A stretch of 63,573 nt of DNA, filler included, from Craspedostauros australis (taxonomy: Eukaryota), in the NCBI GenBank assembly GCA_030167865.1. It is 8 parts of 8 records of this genome, joined end to end, with 100 filler letters (N's around TTAATTAATTAA, not from the genome) between each part and the next. Parts side by side here need not be neighbours in the genome. Positions count along the whole stretch, not along the records: positions 7,190 to 36,695 come from JALAGF010002115.1; 7 more parts are not named here. One strand, given 5' to 3'. Made by a program: the position numbers and the translations under genes. Within the stretch, counting starts at the first letter, position 1; each line of letters opens with the position of its first letter. Positions 11,587 through 22,000 of the stretch are shown here, one piece after another. Below the pieces are notes generated by a model, which had not been told where the DNA came from, ran no database searches, and saw nothing but the letters and a program-made list of their open reading frames with translations.

Positions 11587-12247
11587 AGTATTTCAACCTT
11601 CTCTGTACTCTTGGGTACCCTTTTCCAAGCACAAGGTCAAGGATCCGGCCATGCCTGGGAGATCTCCGAATCGATGGTGCGAGAGAGACTCAGAGGGAAT
11701 CGCTGCAGAATGCTTCACTCGAAGAATCCAAACAATCCTGGCCAGCATTCTCCAACTATGCTTCGTGCGGTACTTTGTGCTGCGGCAGAGAAACTGAGTT
11801 CGAAGGAGCATAATCATGAAATGTTGTTGCCATATGAAACGAAGAACTTCGTTAGATACTATACTCAACATTAACGATCACAAGTGTTTGGTATTTCTAC
11901 AATAGAAGCGAGAGGATGAACAAGCACTCGTGAGATGGCATCTCTATTGAATTTATAGACTCTTCTTTTGCGTCTGCTCGTCGGCCGTTCGCAGACTCTA
12001 CCACCAACTTTGTTGTTGTTGCTTGTTGCGTTGATGGTGGCCAACCAGTCGCACACCACGAATTGTTGCGTCCGCCTCATCTTCTTCGTCCGCTCTTCCT
12101 CATTCATCTCCGAGAGTGTTGATCGTCACCTCACACTCGTGCCATACGCGCACAAGTACTCACGGATCGTAGGTAGTGCACCCCAACCATCCCAAACTAC
12201 GTTGTGCACCCTGCCGTAATCAACCAATAGAAGAATAAGAAGACAAG

Positions 12248-14413
12248 ATGGCAAGCGAACAGCAACCATCAGCCGCTGCGGAAGCAGACAGCGCAGCCAA
12301 GAGCCAAACTGCAACGAACAAGTCCAACGACGACAAGAAGACGAACGGAATGGAGCCGGATGCTGCGACTGACTCCCGATTGCCTGGTGTGACGATGAAT
12401 GAGCTGTCCACCGCGATCAAGGTGCTGCAGGCCGTCGCGCTGCTCAACAAGAAGAAGAGCGACGCAGGCCTGGAGGTCTACAAGCACAGCGATCTGCGAC
12501 CGTTGCGCAAGGCCGTTGCTGGCTGCATCGAGCTGCAAAAGCGCTGCATGTTCCAAGGCAAGACGGAGGAGGAGCACTACGACAACCGCTTCAAGGAGCG
12601 CTCGTTGAAGCGGCAGCGCACGGCGGAAACAGCGCAGCAACGCAATTACCTGGCAGGCGTCGCGCTGCGTCGGGGGCGTGTGGAGCGGCTCAAGGAGAAG
12701 CAGAACGAAGCCAAGGAGGAGGAGGCGCACAAGATGCGTCTCATGATTCCTGATGGTCAGGTGGAGACGAGCGCAGATGGCGCCTCCAGCTCTGCGACGC
12801 CAATGCTGTTGGATGGTCCAGCCACAACGAACGGCGCCGAGAATGCAAAAGCAGCCGCGAATTCCGACGAGAAGGTGCTGCTGCCCAAGCTGCGATCGTG
12901 CTACGTCTGCAAGACCCGATTCCGCGAACTGCATCACTTTTATGACCAGCTATGCCCCGAGTGCGCCGCGTTGAACTGGGAGAAGCGGCATCAGATCTGC
13001 GACCTCACGGGCCGCGTCGCGATCATCACGGGATCGCGCGTCAAGATCGGTTACCAAACGTGCCTCAAGTTGCTGCGGGCTGGTGCGCATGTCATTGCCA
13101 CAACCCGCTTTCCCAACTCAGCGGCCGACACGTACCGCAAGGAGCCCGACTTTGATCGATGGAAGGATCGATTGCAGGTGTATGGGTTGGATCTGCGCGA
13201 TGTCACGGGGCTGGAGGCATTCACGCGGTTTCTCAAAATGAAGTACAGTCGTAGCGGCGTGGATATCGTCATCAACAACGCTTGCCAGACCATCCGTCGG
13301 CCACGTGGCTATTACGTGCCAATCGTGGAGAAGGAGCAGGTGTTGTGGAAGGAAGCCGGCGATTCTCACAAGCAGCTTTTGGGCGGGTGCGTGGAATTCG
13401 AACGCTTGCGACGTCGGTTGGTCATGGATCAGAAGCAGAGCATGCTGCCCATGCAGCCGCAATCAAATGACGATGCGACGGCTGCGTCTGGCAGTGCTGC
13501 TGCTGCCGCCGCCACACCCATGATCACGGCAGATGCAGCAACAACTACGACCACGAAAACGGAGGTTTCCGTAAGTGAGGCGCAGCCGGCTGAAACTTCT
13601 CAAACTGCCTTGGTACCGACTGCGACAAGCAATGCAGTCAGCACCGAGAATGCCCCATCCCCATTCGAGACCATGGGAGTCTCTCATTCCACGGCAATGT
13701 CGCAGATGGTGGTGCTGTCGGAAGATGTTGGCGTTGCCAGCGGCGTGCTGCCTGAAGGCGTCACGGACATCAACAACCAGCAGCTGGATCTCAGGACCAC
13801 CAACTCCTGGTTGCTCAAGATGGAGGAGGTGTCAACGCCAGAAGTCATGGAATGCATGTTCATCAATGCCATCGCACCATTCGTCCTCAACTCCAGATTG
13901 AAACCATTGATGACCATTCCTGCGGATGACAACACAGATGGCAAGACCGGTCAACGCCGGCCCAACCGCTTCATCATCAACGTGTCGGCCATGGAGGGAA
14001 AGTTCTACCGCTACAAGATGCCAAATCATCCCCACACCAACATGGCCAAGGCGGCCCTCAACATGATGACGCGCACGTCGTCGGAAGATCTGGCAAAGAG
14101 CCATCGCATCTACATGAATGCCGTGGACACGGGCTGGATCAACGACGAGAATCCGTTGGAGCGTGCCAGTCGCACCGCCGAAATGAACAACTTCCAAACA
14201 CCCATTGATGAAATTGATGCCGCGAGCCGTATCTTGGATCCAATCTTCACCGCTGTCAACAGCGAGAAGGAACGTGAGAATAACAATGGTGAGGACGGAA
14301 ACGATGGCAGTGGCACTGCCAATGGCGGCAGCAGCAAGAGGCAGAAGAAAAGGCAGAAGCTGAAAATCGAGTACGGCAAGTTCCTGAAAGATTACAAAGA
14401 GACCGAGTGGTAG
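12248..14413 (+). CDS. Extended short-chain dehydrogenase/reductase with an N-terminal CxxC..CxxC zinc motif
   Basis: CYVCK..CPEC; Rossmann IITGSRVKIG; INNACQT; NVSAMEG; HPHTNMAKAALN; VDTGWI. Confidence 0.88.
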   Translation: MASEQQPSAAAEADSAAKSQTATNKSNDDKKTNGMEPDAATDSRLPGVTMNELSTAIKVLQAVALLNKKKSDAGLEVYKHSDLRPLRKAVAGCIELQKRCMFQGKTEEEHYDNRFKERSLKRQRTAETAQQRNYLAGVALRRGRVERLKEKQNEAKEEEAHKMRLMIPDGQVETSADGASSSATPMLLDGPATTNGAENAKAAANSDEKVLLPKLRSCYVCKTRFRELHHFYDQLCPECAALNWEKRHQICDLTGRVAIITGSRVKIGYQTCLKLLRAGAHVIATTRFPNSAADTYRKEPDFDRWKDRLQVYGLDLRDVTGLEAFTRFLKMKYSRSGVDIVINNACQTIRRPRGYYVPIVEKEQVLWKEAGDSHKQLLGGCVEFERLRRRLVMDQKQSMLPMQPQSNDDATAASGSAAAAAATPMITADAATTTTTKTEVSVSEAQPAETSQTALVPTATSNAVSTENAPSPFETMGVSHSTAMSQMVVLSEDVGVASGVLPEGVTDINNQQLDLRTTNSWLLKMEEVSTPEVMECMFINAIAPFVLNSRLKPLMTIPADDNTDGKTGQRRPNRFIINVSAMEGKFYRYKMPNHPHTNMAKAALNMMTRTSSEDLAKSHRIYMNAVDTGWINDENPLERASRTAEMNNFQTPIDEIDAASRILDPIFTAVNSEKERENNNGEDGNDGSGTANGGSSKRQKKRQKLKIEYGKFLKDYKETEW

Positions 14414-14720
14414 ATTGGCTCGTAATCGTGCGATTGTGCGGAAGGGAGAGGCGTCACGAAGACAGGGTAATGTACATAGTAATAGCAGTGCAGGATTATC
14501 ATACTTATTTTGGGCAATCGCACGTAAGAGGATGTAGTTGGAAGCCTGGCGACTCTCAACCGCCATACTCGCACAGTATTCTACTCTTTTTCCACAATCG
14601 TCACTCTGCGACTGTGGACAGACAAATACTCTAATAATATATAATAGCATGCAGTACTCGAGAGCAGGAGAGAGCGAAGTCAACCGCAGATTGCACCGTA
14701 CTCATTCCTTGATCAACGAT

Positions 14721-15755
14721 TTACTTCTTGCCACTTCCGTCGTTGTCCGACTTCTCCGTCTGCTGTGCCTTCTCAGCGGCCTCCTTTCCCACAACCTTCA
14801 ATCCAGATTCGTCCGTGATCTTGTCCAGCACGCCCGCATCCTCCAACTTCTTGTTGAGCAGCAAGGCCTGCGACGCTGCCATGCTGTCGGCACGGTCGTA
14901 GAATCCCTTGATCTTGCCCAAGACGCCTTCTTTGCCGTCTCCTTTTTCTTCATCCTTCTCGGTAGTAGGAGTTTCTGCGGCTACGGGCTCTGCGTTGGGC
15001 TCTGGCTTTGACGCAGGTGTTGTTGTTGCTGCGGCGGATGTTGACGGCGCATCATCCCGGACAACTTCCGCGAGCGCGACCATTCGCTTCACCTCCTTAC
15101 CAGAGCGTCGCTTTTTCTTTTTCTTCTTGCCTCCTTGCCGTGACGCCTTCGTCTCACCCTTGAGCTTCTTCTCACGACGGCGCACCATCTCTTCGTAGAT
15201 CTTTTCCGCATTGACGCGCCGGCTGTCGATCTCGGCCTCGGCCAAAAATGCGGACCCGAATCCACCGAACAGACCGATGAAGCCACCGATCTTGTTGAGG
15301 AAGAAGAAGCTCGTGATGAAGTTGCCCTCCACCCATTCGAATCCAGCCTCCGACAACGAGACGGGATCGGTGGCACCACCGCCTCCCGTTCGCAAGTCGC
15401 CGAGGAAATAGTTGAAGAATGCAGTTAAGAGGCCCGCCACGGCGATCGACGTGTACAGCGCGACGCGCTTGCCACGATCCTGGGCAGCTGGCGTGTTGGC
15501 TTCGGCTTTGTAGATCTCCTCCTTCAATTCGGCGGGGATCTTGTCTGCGAACGGGTTGGAGGATTCGTCGGATGGACTCTCGTTGAGCGGCGGCGATGTG
15601 AATGGCCTTGTGGAGACGACGGTCGCCGCTGTTGTTCGTGCAAATGGCGATGCTTGGGCGACCGATCTTGGTGCCACAATCCACGCATTCGCCTGTCGCG
15701 TTGCCAGGCAAGCGAGCGCTGTCGCAACAGCCAACGCTATCTGAGGGTATCTCAT
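14721..15755 (-). CDS. Putative plastid-targeted membrane protein of unknown function
   Basis: MRYPQIALAVATALACLATRQANA-W presequence; two hydrophobic segments; K-rich coiled coil. Confidence 0.8.
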   Translation of the reverse strand: MRYPQIALAVATALACLATRQANAWIVAPRSVAQASPFARTTAATVVSTRPFTSPPLNESPSDESSNPFADKIPAELKEEIYKAEANTPAAQDRGKRVALYTSIAVAGLLTAFFNYFLGDLRTGGGGATDPVSLSEAGFEWVEGNFITSFFFLNKIGGFIGLFGGFGSAFLAEAEIDSRRVNAEKIYEEMVRRREKKLKGETKASRQGGKKKKKKRRSGKEVKRMVALAEVVRDDAPSTSAAATTTPASKPEPNAEPVAAETPTTEKDEEKGDGKEGVLGKIKGFYDRADSMAASQALLLNKKLEDAGVLDKITDESGLKVVGKEAAEKAQQTEKSDNDGSGKK

Positions 15756-16532
15756 GATTCTCGGCGCTATGATTTGCACTCGAGTAGAAGTGTTACGAGT
15801 ATGTCGATGCACTGTCACCTTCGGGATGTGCTTCTCTGCCTCTCAATCCGTATCCACACCATGTGGGACGATGCGTCAAGAGAAGATCCGCTCTCCATCT
15901 TCAAGGGGGCCCTCTTCGGCCAACACAAGCGGTGGATTTGCTTGATTGGTGGTTGATGGAATGGTGTGGTTGACACCAACATCATCCTGTCAATTCACCG
16001 AAACGTGATTCATTGATTGTCACGGTATCAGGCTGTCCATCCGCCCGCAATACGCTAGCGAGAAATACAAACAGTCGAATGGGTCGAGACATCAATGCGT
16101 TGAGCGTTGCGTTCTCGCTGTTCGTGCGAAATGGCGCAAATGACCATGGTGTGCGTTGTCGACCAGCGAAAACACAACCAATGACCCCTTCTCGTTCCGT
16201 TGAGACGTTGTGCACAACCCAACCCAACCTGACACACACCGACCATTGGATCCACACCACTTGCAGACGCAGACGCACGGACCGAACGAGTGTAGGTACT
16301 CTCCAGAGAGACGCAAGATCAAAGCAAGTATCTAACCTGAAGAGCAGAGGATCGGGCACCTGTATCGTACGTACGGAAGGCAGCAGAAGTGATCTAAATT
16401 CAAAGAGTAACTCGTGGGCTGTTAGATTCAGTTGCGGTCATCGATCTTTGGAGACAAGCGAGAACGCAGAAGAGCTGCTCGCAAAGGAGGAACAGCGAAG
16501 GCGCCGACGAGCCATCAACAGACAGCCGCAGG

Positions 16533-17408
16533 ATGCAGAAGAGGAGAGTTCATGCCGCCACCGCCGCAGGAAGCGAAAATGCACTGCCCATGACCACCAA
16601 CGACATCGGCAAGTCCGGTGTCGGTTCAAAGGTCGGTGGCAGATCGGCACGATTGAAACCGCGCAACCGGCGGCGCGGTGGCAAGCGGGGCACCGGCTGC
16701 CTGCCGTTGTGTTTGGCCCTCTTCTCCCTCATCAGCGGAATCTGCTACCTCACCTTCGCCGTGTCGAGCCCGGAGAAGAAGGATAACATCAAGCAATTCA
16801 TCCACAAGCAGAAGGAGACCCTCATCCAAAAACGCAACAAATTCCTCGCGGCCTACGCCAAGATGCGCAACACCAAGCTGCCGCTGGATGATTTCACCTC
16901 CTTGGAGTACTCTCTGCAGAACTCGAAGCTGACCGTCCTGTACTTCGGTGCCAGCTGGTGTCCCATGTGCGCCAAGGCGACCAAGCTCATCGATGACAAC
17001 CTCTCGAAGGAACTGCTGCTGCCACCCAACGACGGTGCCTCTGCTCCATCCGAAAGGTCCCAGATCTCGTTGGTGTACATATCATCGGACCAATCGGAGG
17101 AAGATCTCCAGGGCTATGTGCGCGAGAACTGGAACTACGTGGCTTGGGACTCCGAGGAACGCACCGCTCTCAAGAAGCACTTCTCCGTCTGCGCCAAGCG
17201 AGAGGAGAAGGAACTGGAGATGGACCGCAAGTTTGGCATCCCCACCATGCTGATAATAGACAGCATCACCCACGCTGTCCTGACCCCGGAGGGAGCGGAA
17301 GATCTGCAGAACATGGGTGACAAGGCCCTCGAGCATTGGATCAGCCTTTTGGATCTTGTAGAAGAAATGGATGTCAACGAGATTGCGAATGAGCTGGATA
17401 AGGACTAA
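16533..17408 (+). CDS. Membrane-anchored nucleoredoxin/tryparedoxin-like thioredoxin
   Basis: N-terminal TM helix; VLYFGASWCPMC, LVYISSD, GIPTMLIID. Alternative start at 16590. Confidence 0.85.
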   Translation: MQKRRVHAATAAGSENALPMTTNDIGKSGVGSKVGGRSARLKPRNRRRGGKRGTGCLPLCLALFSLISGICYLTFAVSSPEKKDNIKQFIHKQKETLIQKRNKFLAAYAKMRNTKLPLDDFTSLEYSLQNSKLTVLYFGASWCPMCAKATKLIDDNLSKELLLPPNDGASAPSERSQISLVYISSDQSEEDLQGYVRENWNYVAWDSEERTALKKHFSVCAKREEKELEMDRKFGIPTMLIIDSITHAVLTPEGAEDLQNMGDKALEHWISLLDLVEEMDVNEIANELDKD

Positions 17409-19613
17409 GATACGCCAAGGAAGGAAGAGAGAATGCAAGATCTTGCCACAGCAAAAGCGGGAGCAGGACGTCACCGAGGAAAGCGAAAGGACACGCAACG
17501 CCAACACTTTTGCCGAAACGCGGAAATAAAATATCATTTGCGCCAAGCCTCAGATCGTGCGGTGGAGCACCTCGGAAGTGATTGTAGCAGATCGTCGGAG
17601 TCCCTCGTTCGTGCTTGTTAATGCATGCACATAGGTCGTAGTCGATGCGTGGGACGAATTGGATCAGTTTGCTTGTTTCGCTCACCGGGCCTGCCCGCTC
17701 CACTGCTCCGCGTCTGGGAATATAGCACCACCACTGATGGTATGATGTTGTTCTCCGCAGATATTCTCCTCCCCCCTCCCTCGAGGGTTCGACTCTTTCG
17801 CATCATTCCTGTGTCCATCATTCAGAACGAATGGACAACAGAAAGATGTTGTCTGAGTGATTCAGAGAATGGACTCCAGTGTCAGCATTGACGGCATTCG
17901 TTTCCCTGCGGCTATTGCGGCGCAGAACGGGAACGGCAAACAGCAGAACGAATTCTACCAATCTCTCATGATTGGTACGCGGAGACAGACTGCCGGTGTA
18001 GACAACGAGTGCCAAGCCATACTTAGAGGGAGCCACTGGTCCCGACAATGATGGCCCAGTTGGGGCTTGTGTGTGATGACTTCGTTGGCTGAGGTGGTCT
18101 TGTCAAGAGCTCTTTGTGCTTTGCTCTCTCCCTCTATCGGTGCCCGCGCAGGAAGATCTTTGTGGGTCGTCGTGGAGCACTAGGGAACCCGAAAGACGGA
18201 CTTTCCGCTCCTCTCCTCCGGATGGATGGACAGATGGGAAGAGAGAGAGAGAGAGAGTGTTCCAGTACTCTCTCATTCTCTCGCACTCTCGCGGACAATA
18301 CGTATGCGCAACTCATGGATAATCGCCGAGACTGTGCGAAATCGCCGCGGAGGTGCTACAGAGAATGAACATGCATCCGTTTCGCCCTCAAGAGCGAAGA
18401 CGGACACGGCATCAGTTTCGCTCCAGACCTAGCCATACTTCCAACGAGCTTCACATTCAACAGCACCATACGCGTACCTCCCCAGCTCGTATCGTGATAA
18501 TAGTAAAATTGGTCGTCCCATGCGCTGCCCAACCTCCCGAGGCGTCGTATTTCGCGCAAATCGTCCCATGAGAATCATGTCAATTCCCAACGCATGAAAT
18601 GGCTTCCATGCGACGCCATCAGCAACAAAGGAAATTAGGTGATCCTTGAACAGAAAGTAGTAACGAGACGCAACCAGATAAGATGGACCAAGGCTATGAA
18701 CAGCACCTTATCATCAGATTAGTCATGTCGCATCGTCTTCGCCATCGTTCTTTTGTTCTGTCCGAGGCTTATCATCAACTCCGTCTCCCCAAGATAAACA
18801 CGAGCCAACACCCACTATGACGGTATTGACCAAGACAGTCCACTGCCGAGTTTTGAAAAGGTACGAAATTACCTGCAATGCCAATACCATTTCGGATTCT
18901 TGATATTATTTCAATTATTGATCTGTTTCGTGCGACATGAACAGCTTGAACGGTCTGACTGTTGTATTTAAGGCTCATCCATGAATTGCGTTCGCTATTC
19001 GGCCGTCTGTTCGTTTCGCGAGCCAAGACCAAATACGGTAAACTGGGGGATCAGAAAGAAATCGGAGTGGGCTTGTGGGTAGCTTACTCGTGCGACAGTA
19101 CGCTTTGCGCGTCCACCTGGACTTTGGGCATGTCGCTTTGTTTTTGTTTGGGAATTTGAGTTGACGTGGATGCCGAGCCGGATGTGATACCATGTTGTCA
19201 GTTGTGCATGTGTGCGGTTGTGTGGACAAGTGCGTGTCGCGTGAGAGATGGGGGAGACCTACAAGGCCCTTCTGTTCTGCTCATAATTTCGGCAACCTCG
19301 TCTTGATACAAACCGCAAACAGCATCCACGCATTCACACAAACAGCGCTCACACAAACAGACAACCGAGAGCGCGAGAGAATACATTCAACGGCGTCCTT
19401 CGATTCAAAGATTCAAACGAGCGATCAGACAAGCAACCAACGAATCAAGCACCGCGATCCAGCCAACGAAACCGCACACACAATCTCGCAAACACACGCA
19501 AACACAAACCTGACATCCAAATTCAGCTCAGCAGAACTTTCATCATCATCAACAATCAACAATCAACAAATAGCAAGCAACACACATCGACAGGATCTGT
19601 GCCAACTACGAAC

Positions 19614-21293
19614 ATGTCGATCATGGATAAGAACGACAGGCAGCAAGATCGGGTGGTCAACTCGAAACGAAACGAGGCAAGTGCACACCTCGCCAACGGT
19701 GACGGACACCACCATCGCGCTCATCATCACGACGGCCACCGCCACCGTCAACATCACCGCCGCGACAGCGACGACTCCACTGCTTCGTCAGCAACATTTG
19801 CCCACAACACCACATCCAACGGCAACGACTTGAGTCTCGATAACAGCGCGAACACCGACAACGCCAATGCCAATGCCAGCGCAGAGCGGCAGGAGAGCAA
19901 CGCCGATAGAAACTCCAAGGAAGCGCTCTTCAAGGACAACATGAACAGCCTGAAGTTCCCGTTCCCGTGGAAGATCCACGAGCTGTTGGAGGACGTGCAG
20001 AAGGATGGCAGGGACCATATTGTCTCCTGGATGGCCGATGGCACCAGCTTTCGCGTGCACAAGGAGCGCGAATTCGTGGACACCGTCATGACTGACTACT
20101 TCAACCAGTCCAAGTTCACCAGCTTCACACGCCAGCTCTACATCTACGGCTTCCAAAAGCTGCAGGATGGACCAAGCAAAGGCGCGTTCCACCACAAGCT
20201 CTTCGTGCGTGGCAAGCAGTCACTCTGCTTGACCATGCGCCGCAAGCGTGACAAGCCACAACGCCCAAAGCGACAGCTGTATAACAGCTTCACTAACTTT
20301 CCCATCCGAACCTCATCGCACGCACACAGCAGCAACAGCAATGGCGTCGACAGCCGCTATCCGATGCACTGGAACACAGGCACTCCATCGTACCCGCAGT
20401 ATCCTAGGCGCGCACCAATGCCATCGCCACCGCCATCGCCATCTCCGAATCCGTACTCAACCGCCACCGGCCATAATGACTGGATGACGGGCAATCCTTC
20501 TTTTGGAGGTACCTTGTCCGGAGACCAGTCGCACTCCATGCGACGCTATGAGAACCACAACGAACGATTGCGCTTTGGACCGTCGTCCCCGTCCTCGTTG
20601 TCTTCGCCAACCTACCAAGCACCAGGACTGGTGACCCAGCAACTTCACGGCTTCCAAGATCATGCGCCCACCCAGCCATCGTTCCTCTCGTCATCGTCAA
20701 ACTCACCCGCAGGGTATGCAGCCGGGAATGCCTGCAACTATGGAGAGCCAACACCGCAGTTGAACATTGACATCAACGCGACACAGCAACCACAGGAGCA
20801 GCGACCAGACCTGTTATGCAGCATGCCGATTTCGCACATGCCTGAAATGAACCACAACAGCGCATCGAATCACATCAACCAAGATATTGGAGCCCACTCG
20901 ATCAACCAGCCCTCGAAGCAACTAGACGCCGAAGAAGACTGGTTGGCAACCTACGAACGCCTCTTCTTTCGCGACGAGATGGCCCACACAACAAGCAAGC
21001 CAAAGAACGAAGCCAGCAAGGACCTCAGCCCTCTCAACCTTGAGAAGAGAGGACAGCAGGACACGCTCGAGCCGTTGTCATTGTGGCCTTCGAAACCAAG
21101 TAACACTGCGGTGGCGCCCATCGACGTCAAGCCGTGGGACAGTTCCATCCATCTCCAGGTCTCCAACTTCGAATTTCTTAACCAGCATGGACGCGGTTCG
21201 TCCGATTTTGACGATAACCTGGGCAGAAACGGCAACTTCAACGACGCCGATGTGTTCTTCCCTCACAATTCAACGTCGTCCTCGTGGAAGTGA
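19614..21293 (+). CDS. Heat-shock factor (HSF) family transcription factor
   Basis: HSF DNA-binding domain FPWKIHELL..IVSWMADGTSFRVH..YFNQSKFTSFTRQLYIYGFQK..FHHKLFVRG. Confidence 0.93.
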   Translation: MSIMDKNDRQQDRVVNSKRNEASAHLANGDGHHHRAHHHDGHRHRQHHRRDSDDSTASSATFAHNTTSNGNDLSLDNSANTDNANANASAERQESNADRNSKEALFKDNMNSLKFPFPWKIHELLEDVQKDGRDHIVSWMADGTSFRVHKEREFVDTVMTDYFNQSKFTSFTRQLYIYGFQKLQDGPSKGAFHHKLFVRGKQSLCLTMRRKRDKPQRPKRQLYNSFTNFPIRTSSHAHSSNSNGVDSRYPMHWNTGTPSYPQYPRRAPMPSPPPSPSPNPYSTATGHNDWMTGNPSFGGTLSGDQSHSMRRYENHNERLRFGPSSPSSLSSPTYQAPGLVTQQLHGFQDHAPTQPSFLSSSSNSPAGYAAGNACNYGEPTPQLNIDINATQQPQEQRPDLLCSMPISHMPEMNHNSASNHINQDIGAHSINQPSKQLDAEEDWLATYERLFFRDEMAHTTSKPKNEASKDLSPLNLEKRGQQDTLEPLSLWPSKPSNTAVAPIDVKPWDSSIHLQVSNFEFLNQHGRGSSDFDDNLGRNGNFNDADVFFPHNSTSSSWK

Positions 21294-22000
21294 TCATGCC
21301 GCGGCCTCCAAGTGTTGCCAAAAGAGCGTCCTGGATGCGCCGGACTAACTTAATACCCCCATACATAAGTGCACGGAGCACATTAACTTCTCTTGATACA
21401 TTTACTACCTTCACCAACAAGTTTCACAGAACACAGAGTTCATGGTTCGGTCGGAAGCTGATTGCGCCGTGCGCTGTGCATCGACCACACGCTTTTGTTC
21501 ATGATGTGTGGCGAAGTGCCATCCCGGCGAGGTTCCTGCGGTGAAGTTTGTCATTTGGACAAAAAGTGTGTCCGTTTTGGGGTAGGCCTCGGACTGCGAC
21601 ATGCTGTTACGTACAAATACGCTCACAGAAAATGTTCGCATGTGGACTGCGGCGGCGCTTTCTTCCCGGCTTCATCGAGGGCTTCAGGTCGGTTGTTGTG
21701 GCAGTTGAAGTGAATGTCGTGGATAGGACCAATGCGATCTCTGCGAAGCAAGGACATGAACAACCCTTCCGAGAACCACCCGCGCCGGAATCGATGGCGA
21801 AAAAGCCCGCTCGATTCAGTCATGAACATAATCCAGTCACGAGCCATCAGAAAGATCCAATCCACTCCTCTTTGGACGAGATGCGTGGATGATCGGTGGC
21901 TGAAGAGACTGCTGCACAGTCTATCAATCGACAGGGACTACGGGCTCGTACTGGTCGAGGACCAGCGCTGATCACGACGACAAGAATCACAACAATACCA

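Larger units (their letters stand above)
7728..12067 (+). repeat. Direct tandem segmental duplication: unit 1 about 7728-9530, unit 2 about 9555-12067
   Basis: Upstream (CTCGGACACGGATTCTCATTCTTCC), coding and about 480-bp downstream sequences recur near-identically. Unit 1 lacks about 750 bp of unit 2. Confidence 0.95.
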
